This document shows positions 9,425-18,619 of a stretch of 38,111 nt of DNA, one piece after another. This stretch comes from a virus. Its lineage: Duplodnaviria; Caudoviricetes. The first letter of the stretch is position 1, and each line of letters opens with the position of its first letter. A program made the position numbers and the translations under genes. The stretch covers positions 1 to 38,111 of the IMG/VR virus record IMGVR_UViG_3300031841_003139. One strand, given 5' to 3'. The notes below the pieces were generated by a model. The model was not told the origin of the DNA, ran no database searches, and worked only from the letters and a program-made list of their open reading frames with translations.

Positions 9425-9835
9425 TTAAACACCCGCTAGGCTATCTCTAGCCGCTTCGTAGGTTGCTAAGTCATCATAGTTTTTATCTAAAGCTAAAAGC
9501 GACGCGTTTACTATGAATAGTTTACCTTTCATCGTGGTTATATAACTATTGGGAAAATAAAAAGTGTGCGAACTTGAGCCGCCGTTAATCTTAATATTCA
9601 TATCAAAAGATTTAGATCCATAATATAGGTCGTGTCGATACCAACCCTCAAATACTTGAAACTCTAAAGCGTTAAGCGACCATTGAGCCTTTATAACCAT
9701 CGATCCGGTGTCAGTCAATTTTCTATATTTTAAAGGCGACTGTTTAATTTTATCCTTTCTAAATTTAGTATCGTCAACAGCCGAATAACCTTTAACTAAA
9801 GGTACAGGCATATTGACAGGATAGGTGACAGGCAT
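9425..9835 (-). CDS. Distal tail (gpM/Dit-like) protein
   Basis: Directly after the tape measure; YP..MP.PL..GY and QVFEGWY...L..G.KSFDM motifs. Confidence 0.7.
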   Translation of the reverse strand: MPVTYPVNMPVPLVKGYSAVDDTKFRKDKIKQSPLKYRKLTDTGSMVIKAQWSLNALEFQVFEGWYRHDLYYGSKSFDMNIKINGGSSSHTFYFPNSYITTMKGKLFIVNASLLALDKNYDDLATYEAARDSLAGV

Positions 9836-9837
9836 TT

Positions 9838-11925
9838 TTAGATATTCCTAGTTTGCAAAAATCCGTTGCGTAACGATTCGGCGGTCGATCCTCGTTGTGT
9901 TGCTAAACTCGAGTCCACACGATCAACGGCTGTATCGATGGCGTTGTTAATTTCGATCATCATTTCGCCACGGGTAATAGTTGGTTCACTGACAACAGCG
10001 TCAGAATTATTATTAATTACCACACTCATACCGCCGCCGCCATCGCTGCCGCCTGCGCTTAATGGTACGATAGATCCGCTTTGATCCGGCAATAAAAATT
10101 GACGACCGGCGTTATTAATAAACATCTCAGGTGTGCCGCGCTCGTTTATCGGTATTGGTAAACCTGCGGTAGCTGTACCACCGTTAGCCCTGCCTGACCC
10201 GCTTAACTGTTTGCGAGCCGTGGCGATAGTAGCGAGAGCCTGAGCGATAAACGGTATAGCTTGCGGAAATCCTAATTCGCTTGTTTTACTGATTGCGGTG
10301 GCGGCGCTTATACCTATTTGCGCGGCGGCATCTGTTCTAGCGTCAATCAATCCCGCCTGTCTCAAATTACCGACAGTTTGATTAGCCGCTGCTAAATTTT
10401 TCTGTTGTTGCTCATAGTTAACCGCTTCCGTTTTGGTTTTAGTCTCAGCGTCTTTGGTGACTTGCTTGGTGACATCTCGTCTAGCTTTTATTTCCTTTCG
10501 CATTTCTTCAATGCGTTTTTTAACTTGTTTTTTTAACGCCTCTGTTTCTTCAAGCCCCATGCTGATCGCTATTTGAGAGGCTTCAATTCTTATGTTTGCC
10601 ATTTCCTCTATGGCTGCTTTTTCCTCGTTAAGTTGTTCTATTCTTAACGCTTTTTGTTCCTCGAACGCGTCAACAACAGCCTGACCGCTTGTAATGGTCG
10701 CTTCGCCGGTCATCCGTATGCTGTCAGCTATATCGTCAGCACCAAAGAAACTAAACATTTCAGCAAGTAGTTTTTGTGAATTACCAATAAAACCAGCAAA
10801 TGCCGCCCTCATTGAAGCAATAGCCAATTCAAAAGCGTTAATGAAAGTCACTTTTGTCGTTTTTGCGAATAGTTCAATATTGGTTGAAATTATTGTGAAC
10901 GCCTGATCGAAAGTACCTATTAAAATAGTAGCCATATCCTTAATATTATTAGGAATGTTAACAATTGCGTTCCATATAAACTTGATCGAGTCTTTAATTA
11001 TTCCAAACGACGCGCCCCAGTTTAAAGTTTCACCGGTTGCACTCCTAGCGCTAGCGGTTGTTTCATCCCAAAGAATAGCAATCTCTTTAAACTGTAAATA
11101 AACCTCGTCCACGGCTGGCACTAAATCGCTAGCGATCAAATCGCTAATAGTTTTCATTGTCTCGGCTAGCGATTCTGTGACACTAAACCCTTGATCTATT
11201 TCTTGCACCGCAACAGCAAAAGAATTAGCGATCATTCCGCTCGCACGGTCGACCGTTAACGGCATTTTGGCGAAGGTATCGTTAATTGATTCGGTTTGAC
11301 TTTTAAGCGCCTCGAAAACATCCTCGGATAAAACGGTTCCATCGTTAACCATTTTTCGCAAATTGCCGACGCTTGTACCTAATCCCTTAGCGATTGACTG
11401 AGCAATAACCGGCGTGTTTTCCACAATGCTATTAAATTCCTCAGCCCTGACAATACCGCCAGCCATAGACTGACCGAATTGTAGCATTGCATTACTCATT
11501 TGCTCGGACGACGACCCGCCTATTGTTCCTAGTTTATTTAAGTTATTAGTCATCAAAACTATTTCGTCACTAGTAGCCCCAATAGACTCACCGGCGATCA
11601 ATAATTGCTGTGACAATGTGGAAATAGATTGAATGGAGTTTCCAGTTTCGGCGGCAATATCTCTAACGCCTTTTCTGACTGTTTGGAATTCTTTGGCCGA
11701 TCGAGAAACATTTTTAATTTTCTGATCCAATTGAGTCATGCTGTCAGCCAACATAATTGTGCTTTTAACGGCTTGGAAACTAAGCGCGGCGGCTATTATA
11801 CCGCCTAGCTTGCTGAACGCTGTACCCATTCCGGCGGCGGTTCGTCTGACTTCTTTGTCGGCACGACGTAATGGATCGGTATTCGCTCCAATGTCTACAA
11901 ACAAACTGCCTAGTTTAAGTGCCAT
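9838..11925 (-). CDS. Tail tape measure protein
   Basis: LGSLFVDIGANT start; tape-measure N-terminal motif (QFGQSMAGGIVRAEEFNSIVENTP); Ala-rich helical body; C-terminal GRANGG...INERGTPEMF. Confidence 0.93.
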   Translation of the reverse strand: MALKLGSLFVDIGANTDPLRRADKEVRRTAAGMGTAFSKLGGIIAAALSFQAVKSTIMLADSMTQLDQKIKNVSRSAKEFQTVRKGVRDIAAETGNSIQSISTLSQQLLIAGESIGATSDEIVLMTNNLNKLGTIGGSSSEQMSNAMLQFGQSMAGGIVRAEEFNSIVENTPVIAQSIAKGLGTSVGNLRKMVNDGTVLSEDVFEALKSQTESINDTFAKMPLTVDRASGMIANSFAVAVQEIDQGFSVTESLAETMKTISDLIASDLVPAVDEVYLQFKEIAILWDETTASARSATGETLNWGASFGIIKDSIKFIWNAIVNIPNNIKDMATILIGTFDQAFTIISTNIELFAKTTKVTFINAFELAIASMRAAFAGFIGNSQKLLAEMFSFFGADDIADSIRMTGEATITSGQAVVDAFEEQKALRIEQLNEEKAAIEEMANIRIEASQIAISMGLEETEALKKQVKKRIEEMRKEIKARRDVTKQVTKDAETKTKTEAVNYEQQQKNLAAANQTVGNLRQAGLIDARTDAAAQIGISAATAISKTSELGFPQAIPFIAQALATIATARKQLSGSGRANGGTATAGLPIPINERGTPEMFINNAGRQFLLPDQSGSIVPLSAGGSDGGGGMSVVINNNSDAVVSEPTITRGEMMIEINNAIDTAVDRVDSSLATQRGSTAESLRNGFLQTRNI

Positions 11926-12495
11926 AACCGTTAGCCGCCATTAGTTCTTGTAACTCATCCCGAGAGATTTTATCCTTACTAGTACCATCCTCTCTCAGAT
12001 TATTTTTAGCGCAGTAAGCAGAATATATACGCTGAAACTGAAACATACATAAGCCCCAGAAATCGCCAGATGATACACCCATAATAAGCGCCGATTTCTC
12101 GAACTCTCCAAGAGGAAAGGTTCCGTTATTATCTGCGTCAACTTGCTCGGCGTCATGTTTCGCAGTTCGGACTTTTTTTCATCACCAACCATAGCATAAG
12201 CTAAAAGGTGACGGCATAAAATCCAGCATTCTTGTAAACCATATCGGGTGATCAATTCTTCAACTTCTTTTTTAGGCTTAAGCACCGGCTTACCGTTTTT
12301 ACTTTTAATCGACGCTAGCATAATTTCTCTGATTGCTAGCGGGTCGCTTTTACCATTCGCTAAATCGACATATACAGTCATCGGATCGGCGTGGCTTTCG
12401 TTAAGTGTGGCTAAAAAAGAAAAATCACTTTTAAACAAATAGATATCGTCGCCACACTCAATATCTATTTGTCCTAACAATTTATTAGATGACAA
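11915..12495 (-). CDS. gpGT-like chaperone made by -1 frameshift (about 193 aa)
   Basis: -1 frame after GAA AAA AAG (12180-12172) reads VRTAKHDAEQ...ALIMGVSSGDFWGLCMFQF...ISRDELQELMAANGYGT* to TAA at 11917-11915; matches the gpT-type 'G.S...FW' and 'SRDEL' patterns. Confidence 0.8.
11995..12495 (-). CDS. Tail assembly chaperone (gpG-like, 0-frame product)
   Basis: Between major tail and tape measure genes; contains an in-frame slippery A AAA AAG. Confidence 0.8.
   Translation of the reverse strand: MSSNKLLGQIDIECGDDIYLFKSDFSFLATLNESHADPMTVYVDLANGKSDPLAIREIMLASIKSKNGKPVLKPKKEVEELITRYGLQECWILCRHLLAYAMVGDEKKSELRNMTPSKLTQIITEPFLLESSRNRRLLWVYHLAISGAYVCFSFSVYILLTALKII
12172..12178 (-). other. Programmed -1 ribosomal frameshift heptamer A AAA AAG
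   Basis: X XXY YYZ heptamer in the correct frame within the tail chaperone gene; lambda G/GT paradigm. Confidence 0.8.
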
Positions 12496-12498
12496 GTT

Positions 12499-12930
12499 CT
12501 ACACTCCTGCTGTAAATGTAATAGCGCCCTCGTTTTGTAGTGCGAAATCAAACTCGACTAGCCCGTTTTGCTCGCCACCGCCAGAAAAACTAGTGATGAT
12601 AAACGTACCTTCATACGTACCGAGCGCGGCATTTTCAAGCTTTAATAGCGCTGTCGGGTCACTACCGTTAGCAGTAGCTATAAACGAATTTAAAGCCGTT
12701 AGTGATGCCGTTCTGACGTCACTAACCGCCGCTGCTGATAATGTGACGGTACTATAACCGGTATAACAAGCTTCTGTTTCATTACCGGTTGTCGCTTGGT
12801 TTGTTTCATCCGCTATCGGGTTTTCGCGCGTCAAATTTTTAGTACGAATACCGGCTATCGGGTTAAACGTTGTGCCTGAATCTGTTGAAAGAGATAGTAC
12901 ATAATCTCGATTCTTTACTGTATTTCCCAT
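12499..12930 (-). CDS. Major tail (tube) protein, TP901-1-like family
   Basis: F.PIAGIRTKNL, YEGTFIITSF..GGEQNG.V.F.FALQ..G.ITF; strong GAGG SD. Confidence 0.85.
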   Translation of the reverse strand: MGNTVKNRDYVLSLSTDSGTTFNPIAGIRTKNLTRENPIADETNQATTGNETEACYTGYSTVTLSAAAVSDVRTASLTALNSFIATANGSDPTALLKLENAALGTYEGTFIITSFSGGGEQNGLVEFDFALQNEGAITFTAGV

Positions 12931-12945
12931 GATGCGATCCTCTCG

Positions 12946-13338
12946 TTAAATAGGGTTTCTAAATGTAAAATAATTCATTGACCACACTGGGCGATCATTA
13001 TCGTCTCGACCTAACGGTGCTATACTACCTATAGGTTCAAAGCCTAAATAATCCTCACCGTTGATTTGCGTTGTCGGTTGAGCAATTAAAAACTCATGTA
13101 TTGATCTAATAGTACCATAAGCGGTGTTAAGATCACCGTTTTTGTCACCTCTAACCAATATCTGAAAAAGCGGGTTTTCGTAAACTTCTTTTAACGCGCT
13201 GTCTCTACCTGACTGATCCATAACTAAAGTTTGAGCGTCCACCCCCTCACCCCAGCCCATAGCGAACAAATCAACGCCGACTGTTCCTAGACTGTTATCA
13301 GTTAGTAATTGCATTATATCCACACTAACAGCGTTCAA
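12946..13338 (-). CDS. Tail terminator / minor capsid-3-like protein
   Basis: P.FQILVRG and LGRDDNDRPVWSMNY motifs; upstream of the major tail gene. Confidence 0.75.
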   Translation of the reverse strand: MNAVSVDIMQLLTDNSLGTVGVDLFAMGWGEGVDAQTLVMDQSGRDSALKEVYENPLFQILVRGDKNGDLNTAYGTIRSIHEFLIAQPTTQINGEDYLGFEPIGSIAPLGRDDNDRPVWSMNYFTFRNPI

Positions 13339-13694
13339 AATTGGATCCTATTTTTAATAATTCTCAAAATGTTAGCCTCGTTATTAAAAACAGCCTTAAA
13401 TAAAAACTTATTGCCTGTGTCCGGCTTGCTCCAATTAACGCTGTTAGGCATTTCGTGTACGTGCGGCGCGTATTTGGCGGTGTATCCAACTCTCAACGCC
13501 CAATCATTACCAACCCTATCAACGTGGTGGTAAGCGCTCGATACTAAAACACCTTTATCATGCGGCGTTATTTCTTTCGCTTCATTTTCAATAAAAATGC
13601 CAGCCGCCATTAAACCTAGTCGTGTATCGCCTTCTATCTTTTTTATTTCCTTATTCAAATTACCAATAACCTGCCTGACGCCTCTAACTTTCAT
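13335..13694 (-). CDS. HK97 gp10-like tail completion protein
   Basis: TPHDKGVL, VGYTAKYAPHVHE and KFL motifs. Confidence 0.8.
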   Translation of the reverse strand: MKVRGVRQVIGNLNKEIKKIEGDTRLGLMAAGIFIENEAKEITPHDKGVLVSSAYHHVDRVGNDWALRVGYTAKYAPHVHEMPNSVNWSKPDTGNKFLFKAVFNNEANILRIIKNRIQF

Positions 13695-13695
13695 T

Positions 13696-14013
13696 TTAAA
13701 CGGTCGCTAATTTAAGATCAGTCATTGAGCTATTAAGGTTCGACATCCTAACTTCTTTCGCCTCGCTACTCGGTGTCGATGCTGTTGTTTCACCCTGCAC
13801 TACATAAGCGCCTAAAGGTAATGTGGTTTTAGAATAAAATACTTTCGTCGCGTGGTGCTGCTTTCCTTCCGGTGTGTTGACTATTTTATCAACGTCAGCA
13901 ACCCTAGCGTCAACCGTTACCGGACTAGCCCAAGTTTTACCGCCTGTACCATTATTAGCTGTAGGCAACCAATAAGTCATTTTATGTGGTAGCTTCATTC
14001 GGCTTGTAATCAT
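13696..14013 (-). CDS. Head-closure (stopper)-like protein; start set at ATG 14013
   Basis: ATGA overlap with the upstream stop; neck gene position. Confidence 0.6.
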   Translation of the reverse strand: MITSRMKLPHKMTYWLPTANNGTGGKTWASPVTVDARVADVDKIVNTPEGKQHHATKVFYSKTTLPLGAYVVQGETTASTPSSEAKEVRMSNLNSSMTDLKLATV

Positions 14014-14366
14014 TGTACGAAAGTAACACATGCTAGCGGCTTGTCTAAATCAGCTAAACAACCTCTAGCCAGCATATTAGCTGTTTGTCCATATTTATCA
14101 GACATTACACCGGTTAGATCTGTTTTACCAACCATGTAAGTAATGTCTGAATTCTCGAATTTTTCTTTTGCTACAACCGGATCAATAGTGCCTACCAAAT
14201 GAGCGGCTAACCATAGTTCAATTGCGGCTAAATCATCGTCGGTAAATGTTTTACCGCTTTCAGTATTAATGCGAGTAACAACAGCATTAGCGGCCACAAT
14301 CATAGGCTCGACGTCAACGTCAGTCGGCCTGATAGCTTTAACCTCGCATGCTGTTGTTCTACTCAT
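14010..14366 (-). CDS. Head-tail adaptor protein
   Basis: IELWLAAHL and YGQTA motifs; neck gene position after the capsid gene. Confidence 0.7.
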   Translation of the reverse strand: MSRTTACEVKAIRPTDVDVEPMIVAANAVVTRINTESGKTFTDDDLAAIELWLAAHLVGTIDPVVAKEKFENSDITYMVGKTDLTGVMSDKYGQTANMLARGCLADLDKPLACVTFVQ

Positions 14367-14376
14367 TTGAATAACC

Positions 14377-14766
14377 TTACTCGGCTGGTTTACTGATTTG
14401 CTCGGTTAACTTACCGATTTGCTCTTTGAGCATTTTGTTTTCTTCACCTAGTTTGGTGTTAGCGTCGGTTAATTCTTCAATCGATGCTAAAAGCTTGTCG
14501 TTTTCTTCACCTAGTTTGGTGTTAGCGTCGGTTAATTCTTCAATCGATGCTAAAAGCTTGTCGTTTTCTTTCACCAGTTTTGCATCAGCCTTAGGCTTAT
14601 CTTCCGCTGCATGCTCGCTAGCTTTTTGTACTTTACCTACTAAACAAGCTGCTTTGTCAGATGTTAGATTGACAACCGCACCGATTTTTTCGGATTTAGT
14701 GCTTTTAGGGTCTAAACAAACGCCTGATTTAACAACGATGTATTTTTCAGTTTTGGACTTAGCCAT
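14377..14766 (-). CDS. Hypothetical coiled-coil protein with duplicated 21-aa segment; start at ATG 14766 (MAKSKT)
   Basis: GGAG SD upstream of ATG 14766; ENDKLLASIEELTDANTKLGE occurs twice. Confidence 0.65.
   Translation of the reverse strand: MAKSKTEKYIVVKSGVCLDPKSTKSEKIGAVVNLTSDKAACLVGKVQKASEHAAEDKPKADAKLVKENDKLLASIEELTDANTKLGEENDKLLASIEELTDANTKLGEENKMLKEQIGKLTEQISKPAE
14437..14570. repeat. 63-bp perfect tandem duplication
   Basis: gttttcttcacctagtttggtgttagcgtcggttaattcttcaatcgatgctaaaagcttgtc at 14437 and 14500; partial third copy at 14563. Confidence 0.95.
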
Positions 14767-14785
14767 TTTGAAATTCTCCAATGAT

Positions 14786-14819
14786 AAAACTAACCGCCCG
14801 ATTAAAGACGGTTAGTTTT
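14786..14819 (-). terminator. Intrinsic terminator after the major capsid gene
   Basis: Minus strand AAAACTAACCGTC-TTTAATCG-GGCGGTTAGTTTT hairpin with T tail. Confidence 0.8.
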
Positions 14820-14825
14820 TAGGGT

Positions 14826-15920
14826 TTAGATTGTTAGATGTCTAACGCCTGTATTACCATTTGCGTCAGCTTTGATTTTTTGAACCATAGCCGCGTAAGT
14901 GGTCATTGCTTGCGGTTGCATCGGGTTAGTTTTAGTGTGCGGGGTTACGATAATGTCACTAGCTATTGCTAGTTCTACCGCTCTGCTTCGCATTTCAACT
15001 AATACCGCTGATTTACTCGCTAGCTTTTCAGCCGGTTTAACATCTTTAATGGCCGCAATGTCTCGGAGTCTTGCTAAAATGGTTTTTGACGGCTGACCAT
15101 CAACATAATCATTTTGAAAGATCGTCCAAAAATCGTTAGACACATAAAGAACAACACTATCATTAGCCACCCCGCCTTGGTCGCTATACATAGCGCCGAC
15201 CTGCGTGATCACTTCTGAAACAATCAAATCACGATTAGTTGCGTTAAGCGTCCAATCGGTAATTGTACCAGTACCACGGTTAGGATCAGTGGTGTAACCA
15301 TAGATTGTGGAGTTTGAACCATTGTAGCTAACAGCAATATTACTATTACCATTAAACAAAGTTTCTTCTAAACGTTCTGCTGTTTGACGTAATGACTCTG
15401 CTAAACCTGCTGATCGCTTATAGTTAAAACCTTGTTGTCTCCAAGGCACATTAAACGTACTGTGTGTAATTGGATTCGGAACAAAATCCTCAGTGTAAAC
15501 GATATCGTTGTTATCAAAGTTTTGCGGGTTCATCTCTTGTTGTGCTTCGGTGAACTCGCTAATCACTTCAAAACCAACCAACTGATCACCAATGTCAGCG
15601 TTGAACGTTAGTCCAGCCGCTTTCAAATCGTTAATACCAGTTAAATCGCGTCGTCTAACCTCGACAACCATGTCACGAATAACTAAAAAATCCTCGTGTC
15701 TGACTGTACCGTTAGTGTGATGTACTAACTCAAGAGCGTCATCAGCGTTAGCGATTAATTTACCGCTCGAGTCGACAACATGATATTTACGCAAGTTATT
15801 TTCTGCGAAAACGTCTTTGTGTATCTTCTCGTACTCAGCCCAGTTATTAGCGTGTAGCGCAATATTTACCGCGTGCGCTGATCGGTCGTTACCGAATGCT
15901 GTTTTGATTAAGTTACCCAT
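14826..15920 (-). CDS. Major capsid protein
   Basis: 364 aa after protease and decoration genes and before a terminator; VPNPITHSTF, E.LEE.LFNG and IYGYTTDPNR motifs. Confidence 0.85.
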   Translation of the reverse strand: MGNLIKTAFGNDRSAHAVNIALHANNWAEYEKIHKDVFAENNLRKYHVVDSSGKLIANADDALELVHHTNGTVRHEDFLVIRDMVVEVRRRDLTGINDLKAAGLTFNADIGDQLVGFEVISEFTEAQQEMNPQNFDNNDIVYTEDFVPNPITHSTFNVPWRQQGFNYKRSAGLAESLRQTAERLEETLFNGNSNIAVSYNGSNSTIYGYTTDPNRGTGTITDWTLNATNRDLIVSEVITQVGAMYSDQGGVANDSVVLYVSNDFWTIFQNDYVDGQPSKTILARLRDIAAIKDVKPAEKLASKSAVLVEMRSRAVELAIASDIIVTPHTKTNPMQPQAMTTYAAMVQKIKADANGNTGVRHLTI

Positions 15921-16384
15921 TATGCAACCCTCACTTTGATAAACGCCTCAGTTGCACCGCCTGAATTATCAACGGCCTCAACTGCATAAGCGACCACACT
16001 GTTACGCTGTGTGTCGTCGGTTGCTGCGTCTGTGGTTAATACCCTAACAGTCCCGTCACCAGCGCTCTCAAGAGCCGCCCCGATAGTTACTGCCGTAGCT
16101 GCTGCGGCTAGTTTCATATAGGCTTTTTGGCCTGAATGAAAACAACCGTAACGCACTGTTTCACCTACTGCGTAAGCGACGTCAGTACTATTACCGTTAG
16201 CCGTGTTTGGTAAAGCAATCAGCTTTTGCGCCCCGTCTGCCGCAGTGGAGTGCCCTTGCACTTCTCCCGCTGTGGTTTCTTCGACCAAGTGACCCGCCAT
16301 AATAGCTGATCCCGCTGCTGCCTTAGCCTCGTCGACGATAGGGTTACCCGCGTCGCCGCCTGTTGCTTGAATTACTTTAGACAT
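15920..16384 (-). CDS. Head decoration / capsid cement protein
   Basis: Ala/Gly-rich 154 aa (GHLVE, LESAGDG, A.EAVDNS...IKVRV); coupled to the capsid gene. Confidence 0.7.
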   Translation of the reverse strand: MSKVIQATGGDAGNPIVDEAKAAAGSAIMAGHLVEETTAGEVQGHSTAADGAQKLIALPNTANGNSTDVAYAVGETVRYGCFHSGQKAYMKLAAAATAVTIGAALESAGDGTVRVLTTDAATDDTQRNSVVAYAVEAVDNSGGATEAFIKVRVA

Positions 16385-16396
16385 GGTAGCCCCTTG

Positions 16397-17707
16397 TTAC
16401 ATATCGTAACTGTTAGTAGACGCCACAGTTTTTGAAGGTGATTGACCCTCGCCAACTCTAACCGCGCTTTTTGATTTCTCAACAAGCCCGTTTATGGTGT
16501 CTAGTTCGTCTGACGTTTTACCTTCTAGCATTTCGACGGTATAGTCAGAATTCGCGACAATCTCAGTTTTGAGAGCGTCTAACTTCTCGTTTTCTGCTTT
16601 TAAAAATGACTCGAAAGCATCTTTATTAGCAACAAACGAATCGTAGCCTTTAAAGTCAAAACCGCTATTGGTTAAAACTTCTTTGGCTTGATTATCATCA
16701 ACCGGCGTTTCCAAAGCTTTCACTAACTCAGATTCGTTCATCGCCGTCAAGCGTTCCTTATCGTCGTTAGTGAAAGAATTGTTAACGCTAGCGATAATCG
16801 AAAGAACTAAAATTTCTTTGTTCATTTCGTCATCCTCTTGGTTAGTGGTGGTGGGTTTGAACTCTTTTTTCAATACTACTTGAGACACATCGTCTAGTAA
16901 AACGGCGTCCTCTTTACCATCAATAGTATCAACACGATAGGACTGTTTAAACAAACGATATTCACCGTCTTGGTAAACAGACCAAATAATATGTTTTGAT
17001 TCTGGGAAAATTTCAGTTATCCAAACGTCACTTTTATCAGAATTGTTTTTTCTTAACAACCCGTTAAGGTCGTCTCTCAACTCGTCAACAGACAATTCGT
17101 TTATACTTCCAACATCAAGATTAACAACGTAAATCGGGTCGTTATCATCTTCTGTGTTTAATACTAACTCAGTACCAGCGTGCTCGCCTGCTGCCTTTTC
17201 GTTTAACAATATAGCAACGTGATCGAAATTAAAACCTGATCCGGTGCGCTCATACTCAACACCTAAATCATCTTTGCCGCTAGCGTTAGTGACTTGTTGG
17301 ATATTTAAACCGGTAGAAACTCCGATTTTCTCATTTTCTTTGATCCGTCTGATAATTTCTTTGCCGTCGTCGCTAGTGTTTGCAACCGTTTCGTCGATCA
17401 CAAACTCCGCGTAAACTTCTTTGTTTTTCATCTTAGGGTTTCTAATAAACCCGCCGACGTTGAAAGCGTTCATAGCTAAAGGACTAAATGCCGTAACATG
17501 GACGCCGTTTATTTTCGGGTGACCGTTAGGCGCTGGCAAGTTGTTTAGTTGAGTGTAAGATTTTTTAACTTCGGCGTTTGGATAAAATACTTTATTCATC
17601 GAAATATCGCCAACAATAGGACGCATCGTCGTGACAATATGATTCCTACCGTTGATCGTTTCCTCGGTATATTTGCCGCTGGTTTTACTGTTAATAGAAA
17701 ATCTCAT
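16397..17707 (-). CDS. Prohead protease/scaffold (DUF2213-like)
   Basis: P.GHP, VSTG and FDHVAILLNE..AG motifs; acidic helical C-terminal scaffold. Confidence 0.8.
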   Translation of the reverse strand: MRFSINSKTSGKYTEETINGRNHIVTTMRPIVGDISMNKVFYPNAEVKKSYTQLNNLPAPNGHPKINGVHVTAFSPLAMNAFNVGGFIRNPKMKNKEVYAEFVIDETVANTSDDGKEIIRRIKENEKIGVSTGLNIQQVTNASGKDDLGVEYERTGSGFNFDHVAILLNEKAAGEHAGTELVLNTEDDNDPIYVVNLDVGSINELSVDELRDDLNGLLRKNNSDKSDVWITEIFPESKHIIWSVYQDGEYRLFKQSYRVDTIDGKEDAVLLDDVSQVVLKKEFKPTTTNQEDDEMNKEILVLSIIASVNNSFTNDDKERLTAMNESELVKALETPVDDNQAKEVLTNSGFDFKGYDSFVANKDAFESFLKAENEKLDALKTEIVANSDYTVEMLEGKTSDELDTINGLVEKSKSAVRVGEGQSPSKTVASTNSYDM

Positions 17708-17731
17708 AGTTTCGATCCTATTCTAAGTGGT

Positions 17732-18619
17732 TCAAGGTGTCAACGCCTCTAGCTGGCGTTTTTCCTTTTTAAATTTAGCTGTTTTTTCTGGCGTGTCTGA
17801 CTCTTTGATAATAGCAGACAACGCACATCGGCAATTGTAAGGACTAATAGCTATGTTTCGTCTAGCTTCTTTCTGAGTCATAATTTGCCCGTGAAAGCCC
17901 ACATGTAACGGTCTAACCTTAGCGTCTCGCCGTGTTAACCATCTTAATTTTACCGTTTCCCCAAGCTGTTCTTGTGCTAACTGTGCTTGGTTGATGGTGC
18001 CTCGCTGATAGGCTTGTATAGTTTCTGTTTGAGCAATTAACCTTGCTCTTGAACGACTAACCGCTATTCGTTCTTTAACTAACCTCACAGTCTCAGCGAC
18101 ACCTAGACCTTGCTCAACCGAATCAAAAAGTATTTGCCTTACTTGTCGACTCATTGTTGAGTTAAACCCTTCTAACGACTCAAAAGACCTAGTAAATAAA
18201 AAACTTAACGCTTCTTGGTGTATTGGGAATCGGGCAACGTCTACAGCGCTGATCCCTAAAGAACTAGTGGCGGTGAACGATTCAATTCTAGCGGCTAACT
18301 CTCGATCTGTTCGAGTGATCGCCGTTCGTGCGCCGCTCGCTCTTAATGATTGCATAGCGCGATCAATGGCTAACTCGTAAGCCCTTAATTGGTACGTGTT
18401 TTGCCAATCACCATTAAGCAACTCGTTTATTTTCTGCTGAAAAAAAGCGATATAAGCCCTTAATTGTATAGGGTCGACGTCGAAAGCGTTAACAGTAATT
18501 TGATTAACGCGCTTCAATTCGGCTATAACCTCTCGGGTAAATTGCCGCCATCGTTTGTTAATTTCACGACGCCAAGCCTTTTCTATTCCTCTAGTTTTCG
18601 TCGGATTGTCGCTTATCAT
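17732..18619 (-). CDS. Minor head morphogenesis protein (SPP1 gp7/Mu gpF family)
   Basis: RARLIAQTE, W....D.KVR..H and NCRC motifs. Confidence 0.88.
   Translation of the reverse strand: MISDNPTKTRGIEKAWRREINKRWRQFTREVIAELKRVNQITVNAFDVDPIQLRAYIAFFQQKINELLNGDWQNTYQLRAYELAIDRAMQSLRASGARTAITRTDRELAARIESFTATSSLGISAVDVARFPIHQEALSFLFTRSFESLEGFNSTMSRQVRQILFDSVEQGLGVAETVRLVKERIAVSRSRARLIAQTETIQAYQRGTINQAQLAQEQLGETVKLRWLTRRDAKVRPLHVGFHGQIMTQKEARRNIAISPYNCRCALSAIIKESDTPEKTAKFKKEKRQLEALTP

Noticed and set aside
8315-9835. Diversity-generating retroelement template/variable repeat pair
   Set aside because: No reverse transcriptase seen; the similarity is whole-domain paralogy, not adenine-specific mismatches.
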